Shown here: piece after piece, positions 35,986 through 44,060 of the stretch
Layout of the letters: each line of letters starts with the position of its first letter
How positions within the stretch are numbered: position 1 is the stretch's first letter
Sequence record: OR911938.1
Strand: one strand, 5' to 3'
DNA: 45,453 bases
From: Escherichia phage vB_EcoS_SD276
Translations under genes and position numbers: made by a program
The notes under the pieces: generated by a model
What the model saw: the letters and a program-made list of their open reading frames with translations, nothing else
Database searches by the model: none
What the model was told of the DNA's origin: nothing

Positions 35986-36173
35986 TATTCCACCCTTGAA
36001 AACTGAGCAATGTAATATTCATGTTTAACACCGGCCCGCTTCGCGGCTTCGTTCATGGTAGCCGCCAAACCTCGGGCTTGAGTCCAGCAGCAATTCCAGT
36101 TCTGATTCATAACAATTTCTGGTTGCTCATCGCCGGTAATACGGCAACGAAATAAAACAAAGAATATAGCCAT
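35985..36173 (-). CDS. hypothetical protein (62 aa)
   Basis: ORF tightly packed between neighbouring genes. Confidence 0.3.
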   Translation of the reverse strand: MAIFFVLFRCRITGDEQPEIVMNQNWNCCWTQARGLAATMNEAAKRAGVKHEYYIAQFSRVE

Positions 36174-36425
36174 TTATTTTGTCTCCCAGCGGTCAATTGT
36201 TTTTGCTTCGGATGCAACTGCGAAGCGAATATATTCCAGATTGGAATCCGCCCAAATATAAAAGTCGGGGTTAGTAAAAGTGGTGCGCTTAATTTGCGCG
36301 GGGGTGTTGCGGCGTTTATCAATTACAGCAACGCGTGACTGAAAGCTGCCGATGCGTTCGAATAGCCAATAATATGGGCGCTGGTCGCGGGAATCCACCG
36401 CCTCGATTAGCGTGAAGCGTGCCAT
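36174..36425 (-). CDS. hypothetical protein (83 aa)
   Basis: RBS GAGGACGAGACA-ATG after terminator-like hairpin. Confidence 0.4.
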   Translation of the reverse strand: MARFTLIEAVDSRDQRPYYWLFERIGSFQSRVAVIDKRRNTPAQIKRTTFTNPDFYIWADSNLEYIRFAVASEAKTIDRWETK

Positions 36426-36437
36426 TGTCTCGTCCTC

Positions 36438-36465
36438 TAAAAAGAGGCCCGCAGATTGGCGGGCC
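36438..36465 (-). terminator. terminator-like hairpin (minus strand) after charged early protein gene
   Basis: GGCCCGC-CAATCT-GCGGGCC followed by TCTTTTT on minus strand. Confidence 0.5.
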
Positions 36466-36473
36466 GGATAATA

Positions 36474-37013
36474 TTAGTCTTCCAGTTCGAAATAAGTTTC
36501 GACGATTTCTTTTAGCTCGGTGTGGAAGTCTTCGACGTCGTCATCTTCCAGCTTGGCGATTGATTTGATCTCGAACGATTCCAGCAGGTCGTCAAATTCG
36601 TCGTTCGCATCGTCATCATCACCGCCCGCGATAATCGCGGCATACTGTTTGATCTCGTCGCGCATCTCTGCCAGCGGATCGGCATCTTTCTTACCTTTGC
36701 CTTTCGCTGGTGCTTTTTTACCCTTCGCCGGTTTTTCGTCTTCGGCTTCATCCTCGTCGTCATCCTCTACGACTTCTTTTTTGGCCTTACCTTTAGACTT
36801 GGTTTCTTTTGCCGCGCCTTTTTTCGCTTTGGGCGTATCTTCGACTTCGTCCTGATCGTCGTCTTCGACTTCGTTCTCCGGCTTGGCCTTGCCTTTCTTA
36901 GCGGTGCCGTTTGTTTTTGGGTCTACGGCAGCGCCAACGGTTTCATAATGCTTAGCGATGATTTCCAGTGCTACTACGCCGCGAGTGATCAGGTTTACGA
37001 TTTGCTCAAACAT
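36474..37013 (-). CDS. highly charged low-complexity early protein (179 aa)
   Basis: First gene of leftward operon; RBS GGAGATATACC-ATG; alternating Lys-rich and Asp/Glu-rich blocks. Confidence 0.5.
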   Translation of the reverse strand: MFEQIVNLITRGVVALEIIAKHYETVGAAVDPKTNGTAKKGKAKPENEVEDDDQDEVEDTPKAKKGAAKETKSKGKAKKEVVEDDDEDEAEDEKPAKGKKAPAKGKGKKDADPLAEMRDEIKQYAAIIAGGDDDDANDEFDDLLESFEIKSIAKLEDDDVEDFHTELKEIVETYFELED

Positions 37014-37208
37014 GGTATATCTCCGATTGGTTAAGTTTAGGTGTCGACCATTAACTTCGTCGGTGGCCTTAACATAGTGCCCGGTTGCGCGTTCTCCCTT
37101 TCGGGTAGTGGACCGGGTTATATAATCACGGTTGGGAATCCTGACACTTCGATCCGGCCCCTGCGTTGCCCCTCTCCAGTTTGCTTCCTGCATCCTGTCG
37201 ACGAGGTG

Positions 37209-37237
37209 AATATTAGATTGGTTGCAGAAGGGAGTCA
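37209..37237 (-). promoter_or_regulatory. leftward early promoter (TTGACT-N17-TAATAT)
   Basis: Hexamers on minus strand in the divergent control region, GCAACCAATC box in spacer. Confidence 0.55.
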
Positions 37238-37352
37238 ACAACTAATTTAAAAAAAAGCGCCGAAGCAAAATGCGACGGCGCTAACCAATAAGAGACAATG
37301 AGACGGGAATTATTATTACACGCGTGCGCGCCCGTTTCAATATCCAAAGGAT

Positions 37353-37381
37353 TTGACACCGTGCAGTTTTGGGTGTAGTTT
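37353..37381 (+). promoter_or_regulatory. rightward early promoter (TTGACA-N17-TAGTTT)
   Basis: Hexamers on plus strand ~30 nt upstream of HTH gene RBS. Confidence 0.5.
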
Positions 37382-37412
37382 CGTTGGTCATTAGCCAACA
37401 GGAGACTGAATT

Positions 37413-37742
37413 ATGAATATCAAAGAAGCAATTGAAGTGTTATCTAATGCAATCCGCGGCGAAGCGGGTAAATCCTGGTATTACACAAATGCGGTGGATA
37501 CTCTGTTATTTGAAGTGTCCAGATTATCGCGTGCTGAGAAGGAGCTTACCGCGAAGCTGGAATTACTCAACGGCACGGCAGCAAGCAAGCTGCAAAAGCA
37601 CAATGAAGAAATGGAAGAATACAAAAAACAGGTTATCCGTTTGCGCGCCGAGGGCAAATCCTGGGCAATGATCGCTGAGTTGACAGGAATTAATCAGAGC
37701 ACCGTGCGCTCCTGGGTACGCAATAATAAAACTTCGAAGTAA
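37413..37742 (+). CDS. HTH DNA-binding protein, putative transcriptional regulator
   Basis: C-terminal helix-turn-helix-like segment GKSWAMIAELTGINQSTVRSWVRN; first gene after rightward promoter. Confidence 0.5.
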   Translation: MNIKEAIEVLSNAIRGEAGKSWYYTNAVDTLLFEVSRLSRAEKELTAKLELLNGTAASKLQKHNEEMEEYKKQVIRLRAEGKSWAMIAELTGINQSTVRSWVRNNKTSK

Positions 37743-37752
37743 GGCAACGGCA

Positions 37753-40017
37753 ATGAGCTTAATTAAATTCGCGGTAACACGACCCGCTAAAAAAGGCGAA
37801 AAAGCCAGGGCGGAAAACTTCCAGATGACCACCGATGAATTTTTCGAATTTATCAATGACGCGAAAGAAATCTCCTCGGTGCATATCAACAAGACGGAAG
37901 ATAAAGCCGAGTATGCGCGCCGCAAGCGTAAGGCCGATGGCATCGTGGCATATACCAGTGACGGCTTACGCCGCAAGACCAGTGCGGTGGACCGCTCGAT
38001 CCTGTTCTTCGATATTGACCGTACCGACACCCGCACCCTACGCCGCTGCCGTAAGGCTTTCATCGACGCGGGGCTGGAGCATGTATTCCACACAACCACC
38101 GGCGACCGCCACCCACTGAAAGGCGGAACGCGTTGCGCTCGCTTCCTGGTACTCACTGACAAGCCTGTCCCGGCTGAAGACCTGGGCCGTGTCCAGTATG
38201 CGCTATTACACCAACTTGGTCTGTCAGATGTGGACTTCGACGATTGTACGAAGGACACAAACCGTCTTATGTACCTGCCTCACCAGCAGTCTGTCATTAA
38301 GTGCCACCACGGCAAGCGCGCCAATGTGCGGCGTCTGCTCCGCCTGGCGGACAAGCTGGGGGTGGAGAAAGAGGAAGTACGCCGCGAGCTTACCCAGGGC
38401 GACGACGCAGTGGCGGACGGTATTCTGGACTGGTGCTTCCAGGCAGGATTCGAGGAGTTATCTTCCGGTCGCGGTTATGAAGTTCCGTGCCCGAACGAGC
38501 ATCTGCACAGCGGCGAAGGGTCGACGGCTATCATGGTTAAGGATGGCGAGATCCGTTTCAAATGTATGCACACCGGCAACGAGTGTTGCTCGGAGCTAAA
38601 TAGACACCAGCACCTTGCGCTACGTCTTATCGGGATACCGGACCACCTGAACGTCGAGCCGCACAACATGTCCCGTAAGCAAATCGCCGCCATCCTCCCA
38701 GGGCTGGACGACGAGGAAGTCGAATCCTTATATGAACATATTGTTGATGCGGTTGGCGACGGCGAAGAATACGGCGTGTGCACCGATGCGGATCTGGATA
38801 ACGAGCCGGTTGCGCTGTTCAGTAAGCACGACCCGATCATCGAGGGGTTGATTAACTTTAAATCGACCTGGTATATGGCGGGTGAGTCGAATATCGGCAA
38901 GTCCTTCTACGTGCTGGGGCAGATGGGCGCGGTTGCCGCGGGGATCCCGTTTGGTGGTGCGAAGGTAGTCCAGTCGCATTGCTTCTATTTTGATGCGGAA
39001 GGCGGCGAAGCCTCCAACCAGCGCAAAGAAGCATTGCAGATTAAATATGAGCACGACCTGGACAAGCTGCACATTATAGACCTGCAATCCCGCGGCTGGG
39101 ATATCACCAGCAAGTCCGGTTTGCGCGAAGTTATCAGCTTTATCAACCGCACTGCTAACGGCGAACCGGTTGGCCTGGTGGCGTTCGACTCACTCAACCA
39201 GACTGTTGCGCTGCGGTCCGCCGATGCTAAACCGTTTGACGAGAACAACGCCAGCGATATGGGTGAAGTGGTCAAAGCGCTGAAAGCCATTGCGGAAAAT
39301 ACAGGTGGCAGTGCGGGCGTCATCCACCACCCGGCGAAGGGTGCAAACGGCAGCAGATCTCCCCGTGGGTCCGGCGCACTGCATGGCGCTGTCGATTCTG
39401 CGTTCTTCCTGGAACAGCCGGACGACAACCAGCCGGGACAACTTAACCTGTACCACGAAAAATCACGTAACGGCATCAAGCAAGCGCCGCGTGGCTTCGT
39501 CCTGCTCAAGTGCAAGGTGGAGGTGGATCTCCGCAAGTCAGAAGCGTTCGCGTCGCACCAGTCCACCAGCACCGGGCCGGACTTCGGAGACGTCGTTGCC
39601 GGTTGGGACGTCAAACCAATTGCGTCCACCCCGCGCGATGAGACTCTATACCTCGTACCGGTCGCCCTGGAACCGTTCGCTATAGAACAGGCGAAGGCGG
39701 CGGGCAAAGCCGCAGTTAAGGAAGAAAACGCCGCCGGTCCGCGCAACGAAAAAGAGAAAGTGCTTTATGCGGCCCTGGAAAAACTGATGGAAGATAACCC
39801 GAACCATACCGGCTTCAGTAAATCGGCAATTGTCCGCCAGGCTGGACTCGCGAAGGGTGGTACTTCGACGAAGGCAATCGACGATATGGTCGAGCGCGGC
39901 GTGATTGGTTTCTATTCAGATCCGCACACCGGGGCCATCTATGGGTCGTCGAATTTAGTCATCAAATCGGATATCCCCATAACGCTTTCGGCGACCGATG
40001 ATGACCTGAACGATTAA
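37753..40017 (+). CDS. primase-polymerase (AEP-like) / helicase-ATPase fusion protein
   Basis: N-terminal DxD motif ILFFDIDRTD, central Cys/His zinc-binding region, C-terminal RecA-like ATPase with Walker A GESNIGKS and Walker B LVAFDSLNQ. Confidence 0.7.
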   Translation: MSLIKFAVTRPAKKGEKARAENFQMTTDEFFEFINDAKEISSVHINKTEDKAEYARRKRKADGIVAYTSDGLRRKTSAVDRSILFFDIDRTDTRTLRRCRKAFIDAGLEHVFHTTTGDRHPLKGGTRCARFLVLTDKPVPAEDLGRVQYALLHQLGLSDVDFDDCTKDTNRLMYLPHQQSVIKCHHGKRANVRRLLRLADKLGVEKEEVRRELTQGDDAVADGILDWCFQAGFEELSSGRGYEVPCPNEHLHSGEGSTAIMVKDGEIRFKCMHTGNECCSELNRHQHLALRLIGIPDHLNVEPHNMSRKQIAAILPGLDDEEVESLYEHIVDAVGDGEEYGVCTDADLDNEPVALFSKHDPIIEGLINFKSTWYMAGESNIGKSFYVLGQMGAVAAGIPFGGAKVVQSHCFYFDAEGGEASNQRKEALQIKYEHDLDKLHIIDLQSRGWDITSKSGLREVISFINRTANGEPVGLVAFDSLNQTVALRSADAKPFDENNASDMGEVVKALKAIAENTGGSAGVIHHPAKGANGSRSPRGSGALHGAVDSAFFLEQPDDNQPGQLNLYHEKSRNGIKQAPRGFVLLKCKVEVDLRKSEAFASHQSTSTGPDFGDVVAGWDVKPIASTPRDETLYLVPVALEPFAIEQAKAAGKAAVKEENAAGPRNEKEKVLYAALEKLMEDNPNHTGFSKSAIVRQAGLAKGGTSTKAIDDMVERGVIGFYSDPHTGAIYGSSNLVIKSDIPITLSATDDDLND

Positions 40018-40127
40018 AATTTGCGCGCATTGGTTGCCGATATGGGAATTCCCATATCGCTAAAAGACTAAAATTTGCGCGCATTGGTTGCCATTTTGAG
40101 TGTTTTTAGCTGGTCGCATTGGTTGCC
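40016..40127. repeat. GCATTGGTTGCC iteron-like direct repeats (3 copies) with inverted copy at 40398-40409
   Basis: AAAATTTGCGCGCATTGGTTGCC at 40016-40038 and 40070-40092, GCATTGGTTGCC at 40116-40127; flanks 20-bp perfect palindrome GATATGGGAATTCCCATATC (40039-40058). Confidence 0.6.
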
Positions 40128-40153
40128 GTGTAGTGTAAATATAATGAATAGTT

Positions 40154-40338
40154 ATGCAGTTTTATTGCATAAAGTAAGCGGGACAAAAAGAGGGACAGAC
40201 CAGGGGCGGGACAAAGCGGGACAGCACCCCCGTCCCGCCCCGGATGACGCGGCCTGGCGGGGAGCGGGACAGGCGGGACAAACCCCAGTCTTTCAGACTA
40301 GACGGGGGTCATTGGCCCCCCTCGTCTGAGACTGAATA
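40154..40338. repeat. GGGACA-rich non-coding element, copy B
   Basis: TTGCATAAA-N-GCGGGACA array ending in the same 53-bp module as copy A (identical by eye). Confidence 0.7.
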
Positions 40339-40493
40339 AAATCCGGGATTGCAAAATACACGGCAGCACATTGGAAATCGCGGTCGTCGACGAACTAGGC
40401 AACCAATGCGAGATGCGGAATGGTGGGTGGAAAATGCAGTTTGCATTTGCAACGGATAGCGATCGACTTTTTCATACGCGTGATTAATATTGG

Positions 40494-40522
40494 TTGCATT
40501 CGTGCCCGCACCCTGCTAGATT
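40494..40522 (+). promoter_or_regulatory. sigma70-like promoter (TTGCAT-N17-TAGATT)
   Basis: Followed by GGTTGCACACCAAC, the same motif that follows the -10 of promoter 6235-6264. Confidence 0.5.
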
Positions 40523-40550
40523 GGTTGCACACCAACATGAGGACCGAACA

Positions 40551-40877
40551 ATGAAAGCGATTATCTGGAATTACGCAATGGCGATGGCGAAGGCACAAGA
40601 AGCGGCGGAGTTCGCCGGTGAGGGGGCGGAAGCAGTAGAAAGACTATCGGCCGCGTGGGCTGTTGTGCGGGTAACGCAGCAGGCCATCGCCGTTATGCTT
40701 GAGCGCCGCTTCGACACGATGGATGAGATCCAGCCACTGGCGAACGCCATCCAGGACTACGCGCTAGCATTCTCCCGCGAGCGCCTGGCATATCGCTTCG
40801 GGATCGGTGAGACGGCAGCGACAAACATCGCCAGGATTAAAGCCCAGCGCGAACTATTCGCCCAGCTTGCGAAATAA
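40551..40877 (+). CDS. hypothetical protein (108 aa)
   Basis: ORF with promoter 40494-40522 and RBS GAGGA upstream. Confidence 0.45.
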   Translation: MKAIIWNYAMAMAKAQEAAEFAGEGAEAVERLSAAWAVVRVTQQAIAVMLERRFDTMDEIQPLANAIQDYALAFSRERLAYRFGIGETAATNIARIKAQRELFAQLAK

Positions 40878-40886
40878 GGGGCCAAA

Positions 40887-41156
40887 ATGGACCGCAGACG
40901 AGCTAAACAGCTTTCGTGGCATATTCCACTGCATTGCATACGAATATGGGCTAAGAATGCGATTGAGGGCGATTCTGTGTTCTGGAGCTATCGCGACGAT
41001 GTGAAGCCATTAACGCAGACTCGCTATCTGCACCAGTTCGCCAGGGAGCATGGGCTTGCCATAAAAACGTCCTTGCGACCAATTGGCATCCGTATTACAT
41101 TACGCCGGAAGCCCGCAGTCGAGCGGGTAGGCAAACACTGGAGACTGAGCAAATGA
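40887..41156 (+). CDS. hypothetical protein (89 aa)
   Basis: RBS AAGGGG before ATG. Confidence 0.4.
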   Translation: MDRRRAKQLSWHIPLHCIRIWAKNAIEGDSVFWSYRDDVKPLTQTRYLHQFAREHGLAIKTSLRPIGIRITLRRKPAVERVGKHWRLSK

Positions 41157-41296
41157 CACCGGCACTAATGGCAGGATTCTCGCAGAAGTTTATTTCTGTT
41201 GATGCCTGCATAGCAGATTATGAGATGGACGGCATCGCTACTGTGTGCGATGGCGACACGAAAACTGCCGATGAGATTGAGGAGACAGCGCAATGA
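41153..41296 (+). CDS. small hypothetical protein (47 aa)
   Basis: Start and stop overlap neighbours (ATGA junctions), suggesting translational coupling. Confidence 0.3.
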   Translation: MTPALMAGFSQKFISVDACIADYEMDGIATVCDGDTKTADEIEETAQ

Positions 41297-41823
41297 AATT
41301 ACTATTCCGCCGCAAATCAGACGGCAAAATCCTGAGGCCAATACAGACCCTTGAGGCACACGTCCGCTTGCATCACGCCGCGAGTGATCTGGTTTGGTGG
41401 GCGAATAAGGCTAAGCTGCCGGAGAAATACGAAATCCTCACGCATGATATCGAGCGCGGCGATGTGCTGCGTGATATTCGCGACGGTAGTATGTGGATCG
41501 TTGAATATGTCGGTCTTCATGGCCTGCGTATGCAGAACCGCAAGGATGGCGTGGCTGGTATGACTTACTTCGGCCTTGTCAACTACGAACGAGTGGGCCG
41601 CAACTACAGCCTACGCGACCGCAAGTCGCAGCCCGCCTACGCAACCTACGACTCCCACCAGGTGCAGGCGAAGATGGGCCGCGCCGTACACGAAATCATC
41701 AATCGCTTTGATGCCGTGACGAATGCACAGCGCCATGCGCAGGAATACGGCGTTGGATTCATCCAGGTGGAGCGAGACGGCAGCATGAAAGCCATCGACC
41801 CGCGCTCGGTGATTCTGAAATGA
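41293..41823 (+). CDS. hypothetical protein (176 aa)
   Basis: ORF in operon with overlapping junctions. Confidence 0.45.
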   Translation: MKLLFRRKSDGKILRPIQTLEAHVRLHHAASDLVWWANKAKLPEKYEILTHDIERGDVLRDIRDGSMWIVEYVGLHGLRMQNRKDGVAGMTYFGLVNYERVGRNYSLRDRKSQPAYATYDSHQVQAKMGRAVHEIINRFDAVTNAQRHAQEYGVGFIQVERDGSMKAIDPRSVILK

Positions 41824-41966
41824 GTGCGACGATCCGTGATATGCTTCAGTACAACCGCTTTGAGATAGGCGGTCGGGTATTTCGCAATTACTTCGTGGCG
41901 CGTGCATGGGCGCGCCATATTGGCAAACCTGAAGGGGCAATTCGATGCTATACGTCTTCGCGGTAG
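41820..41966 (+). CDS. small hypothetical protein (48 aa)
   Basis: ATGA-coupled ORF. Confidence 0.3.
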   Translation: MSATIRDMLQYNRFEIGGRVFRNYFVARAWARHIGKPEGAIRCYTSSR

Positions 41967-42042
41967 TATGTGGCGGTAGTCTGGCGGCCCTGGTGCTGTT
42001 GGCGTCGGTTATTAGTCTGGTTAAATACCTATGGGGCAGATT

Positions 42043-42330
42043 ATGATTCATGATGTGATTTATTGGTTTGGTTTGATCTGCGGGTTGTGCCTGCTTACCG
42101 CGGTGTTGTTGGGCGTCCTGATGTTCGTAGTCTGGCCCGCCGTGGAAGCCGCCAGCATTACCCGCATGACGTTCGAGGTATACAAGCGCCGTGGAATCAC
42201 GGAGCACCCGACCAGGTTGCGCATGTGGTGGCTGTGGTATCGGGATATGATAGGCGGGCGAACATTCGAGGCCGTCAGGTCGAGTGGATGGGAGTGGAAA
42301 GGCGTCGGCAAGTGGTCCATTTTCGATTAA
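42043..42330 (+). CDS. membrane protein (alternative start 42031)
   Basis: N-terminal hydrophobic helices WFGLICGLCLLTAVLLGVLMFVVW. Confidence 0.4.
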   Translation: MIHDVIYWFGLICGLCLLTAVLLGVLMFVVWPAVEAASITRMTFEVYKRRGITEHPTRLRMWWLWYRDMIGGRTFEAVRSSGWEWKGVGKWSIFD

Positions 42331-42347
42331 TTATGCAAGCGTGATAT

Positions 42348-42382
42348 AGTCCCAGTGAGCTAAAACTTACTGGGACTTTTTT
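42348..42382 (+). terminator. terminator-like hairpin immediately upstream of holin-like gene
   Basis: AGTCCCAGT-12 nt loop-ACTGGGACT followed by TTTTTT then ATG. Confidence 0.5.
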
Positions 42383-42673
42383 ATGGATAAGCTAAACGAG
42401 TGGCTATTCGCCCTGGCATGTCTGGCGGGTGGCTTCGTAGGCGCACGCATTCATGGCGAGGCCACGAAAGGGCCACTAAACTTCGTTTTGTATGTTGTAG
42501 TTGGCTTCCTGTGTGCCATATTTGGCGCACCGGCTATTGCCGAGTGGGCTGGTTTGTCGGGCGAGCGCACTGTCGCCGGTTTAGGCTTCGTAACCGCAAT
42601 CTTCTGGATGCCAATCGCCGACCGGATCCGGGAGACTATTGCGTCGTTCCGACTTCCGGGGGGTGCAAAATGA
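42383..42673 (+). CDS. holin-like membrane protein
   Basis: 96 aa with three predicted hydrophobic segments, immediately upstream of lysozyme gene. Confidence 0.5.
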   Translation: MDKLNEWLFALACLAGGFVGARIHGEATKGPLNFVLYVVVGFLCAIFGAPAIAEWAGLSGERTVAGLGFVTAIFWMPIADRIRETIASFRLPGGAK

Positions 42674-42915
42674 TTATCTCCGTCCTGTTGTTTGTTATCA
42701 TAGGGGCTTCGTCCCTGTTTAACGTGTATGCGCCGTCCGTCCAGGATGGCATTTTCGGTCGGGTGCTGTATCTGTTAACGGCAATGGTCTGTATTATCGG
42801 ATTGTTGCAAACAGGAGACGTATCTGATACCACCTGGACCGCGTTAATCTGGCTGTTTGCATTGCGCACACTGCGTAATGCTGTTTTGAATGGGGTAAAA
42901 CATGCGATTCAGTGA
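42670..42915 (+). CDS. second small membrane protein (holin/antiholin candidate)
   Basis: 81 aa, hydrophobic segments; overlaps both neighbours. Confidence 0.4.
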   Translation: MIISVLLFVIIGASSLFNVYAPSVQDGIFGRVLYLLTAMVCIIGLLQTGDVSDTTWTALIWLFALRTLRNAVLNGVKHAIQ

Positions 42916-43393
42916 CAACGGTCTACGATTTACGGCAGCATGGGAGGCTTTCAGCCCGGTGCCGTATTTCGCGACCAAGAAAGAGCAGGCCCGCGGCCTG
43001 TACACCTGGGGTTATGGTCATACCGGCACTAACCCGCCGCGAAGCATTACCCGAGCGGAAGCGCTGGATCTGCTTAAGCGCGATGTGGCGTACGCTGAGG
43101 ACTGGGTGAACAAATACGCACATCCGAGCATTAACCAGGCGCAATTCGACGCGCTGGTGGACCTGGTAATCAACGCCGGTCCTGGTCCGATCGTACCGGA
43201 TGACGTCGCGAATGATTTCGATGATGCGGTGCGACTGGGCGACTGGGCGAAGGTCCGGGCTATACTGCCGCAGTTCCGCAAGCAAGGCGGGTCGGTGCTC
43301 TTAGGTCTGGTACGTCGCGCAATCGGCAGACAGGCGCTATTCGATGGTAAGCAGTGGGACGTTGCCGAGAAAATCGGGCGTAACGCAGCATAA
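42902..43393 (+). CDS. endolysin, lysozyme-like (GH24-type)
   Basis: N-terminal catalytic region with WEAF...YTWGYGHTG resembling phage lysozymes. Confidence 0.65.
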   Translation: MRFSDNGLRFTAAWEAFSPVPYFATKKEQARGLYTWGYGHTGTNPPRSITRAEALDLLKRDVAYAEDWVNKYAHPSINQAQFDALVDLVINAGPGPIVPDDVANDFDDAVRLGDWAKVRAILPQFRKQGGSVLLGLVRRAIGRQALFDGKQWDVAEKIGRNAA

Positions 43394-43409
43394 TACGAGG
43401 TAACACAGT

Positions 43410-43823
43410 ATGTTAAAAAGCATTCTTGATCATAACGCTGACGCGCTCGCCGCGCTGGCTAAAACCGAAGACCCTGGCGCACGCGCTATCATCGCGGACA
43501 CTATCAGCCATGCAGGCGTCTTTGACGCGAAGCTGCCGAGTGTGCCGGAAAGTAAGCCGGTGGCAAGTGCGACCGTAACCATCACCCCAGTGTCAGCCGC
43601 AGTTGGTGCGAAGGCCGCCGCTTCAGTTGCCGTCCTGCCATCCGACGCAACTAACAAGGCTGGGTCGTGGGTGTCTGCAAACCCTGACTGCGCGGCAATC
43701 GATCAGGCTACCGGCGAAATCACAGCAAAATCGGAGGGTAGCGTCCACATCTTTTGGGTGGCGTCCGATGGAGGCGGGGCGCTGGCGTCCGCCATCTTCA
43801 CCGTAACGGGAGCCGCGGAATAA
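43410..43823 (+). CDS. hypothetical protein with bacterial Ig-like (Big_2-like) C-terminal domain
   Basis: Pattern VTITPVSAAV...AIDQATGEITAKSEGSVHIFW typical of Ig-like domains. Confidence 0.45.
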   Translation: MLKSILDHNADALAALAKTEDPGARAIIADTISHAGVFDAKLPSVPESKPVASATVTITPVSAAVGAKAAASVAVLPSDATNKAGSWVSANPDCAAIDQATGEITAKSEGSVHIFWVASDGGGALASAIFTVTGAAE

Positions 43824-43830
43824 AACCACA

Positions 43831-43857
43831 AGCCCGGAATCGACCGGGCTTTTTATT
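43831..43857 (+). terminator. intrinsic terminator after Ig-like protein gene
   Basis: AGCCCGG-AATCGA-CCGGGCT followed by TTTTTATT. Confidence 0.6.
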
Positions 43858-43859
43858 GC

Positions 43860-43889
43860 TTGACTTGCAACCAACATAGACGCCATACT
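43860..43889 (+). promoter_or_regulatory. possible promoter (TTGACT-N18-CATACT)
   Basis: Weak -10; lies after terminator 43831-43857 and before phosphoesterase gene. Confidence 0.3.
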
Positions 43890-44060
43890 GCGACCAACCA
43901 AGAAGAGGAGTAATCAAGATGGCACGTAAAGACGTTTGGGTATTGGCAATCTGGACCGCCGCGGCTTTTATCGGCATGGTTATTTGCGAATTGAGATAGC
44001 CCGCCGCCATATGGACCGTGGTATATTGTCCACGGTCCAATAATCAGGAAGTAATTAAAT

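Noticed and set aside
36520-36855. Ser-rich 111-aa plus-strand ORF
   Set aside because: Antisense frame of the Asp/Glu/Lys-rich early gene; low-complexity artefact
37041-37398. Small ORFs 37041-37250 (plus) and 37213-37398 (minus) in the divergent control region
   Set aside because: Lie across predicted promoters and leader; no RBS; likely non-coding regulatory DNA
37563-39746. 231-aa and 253-aa minus-strand ORFs within the HTH and primase genes
   Set aside because: Antisense to genes with clear motifs and operon context
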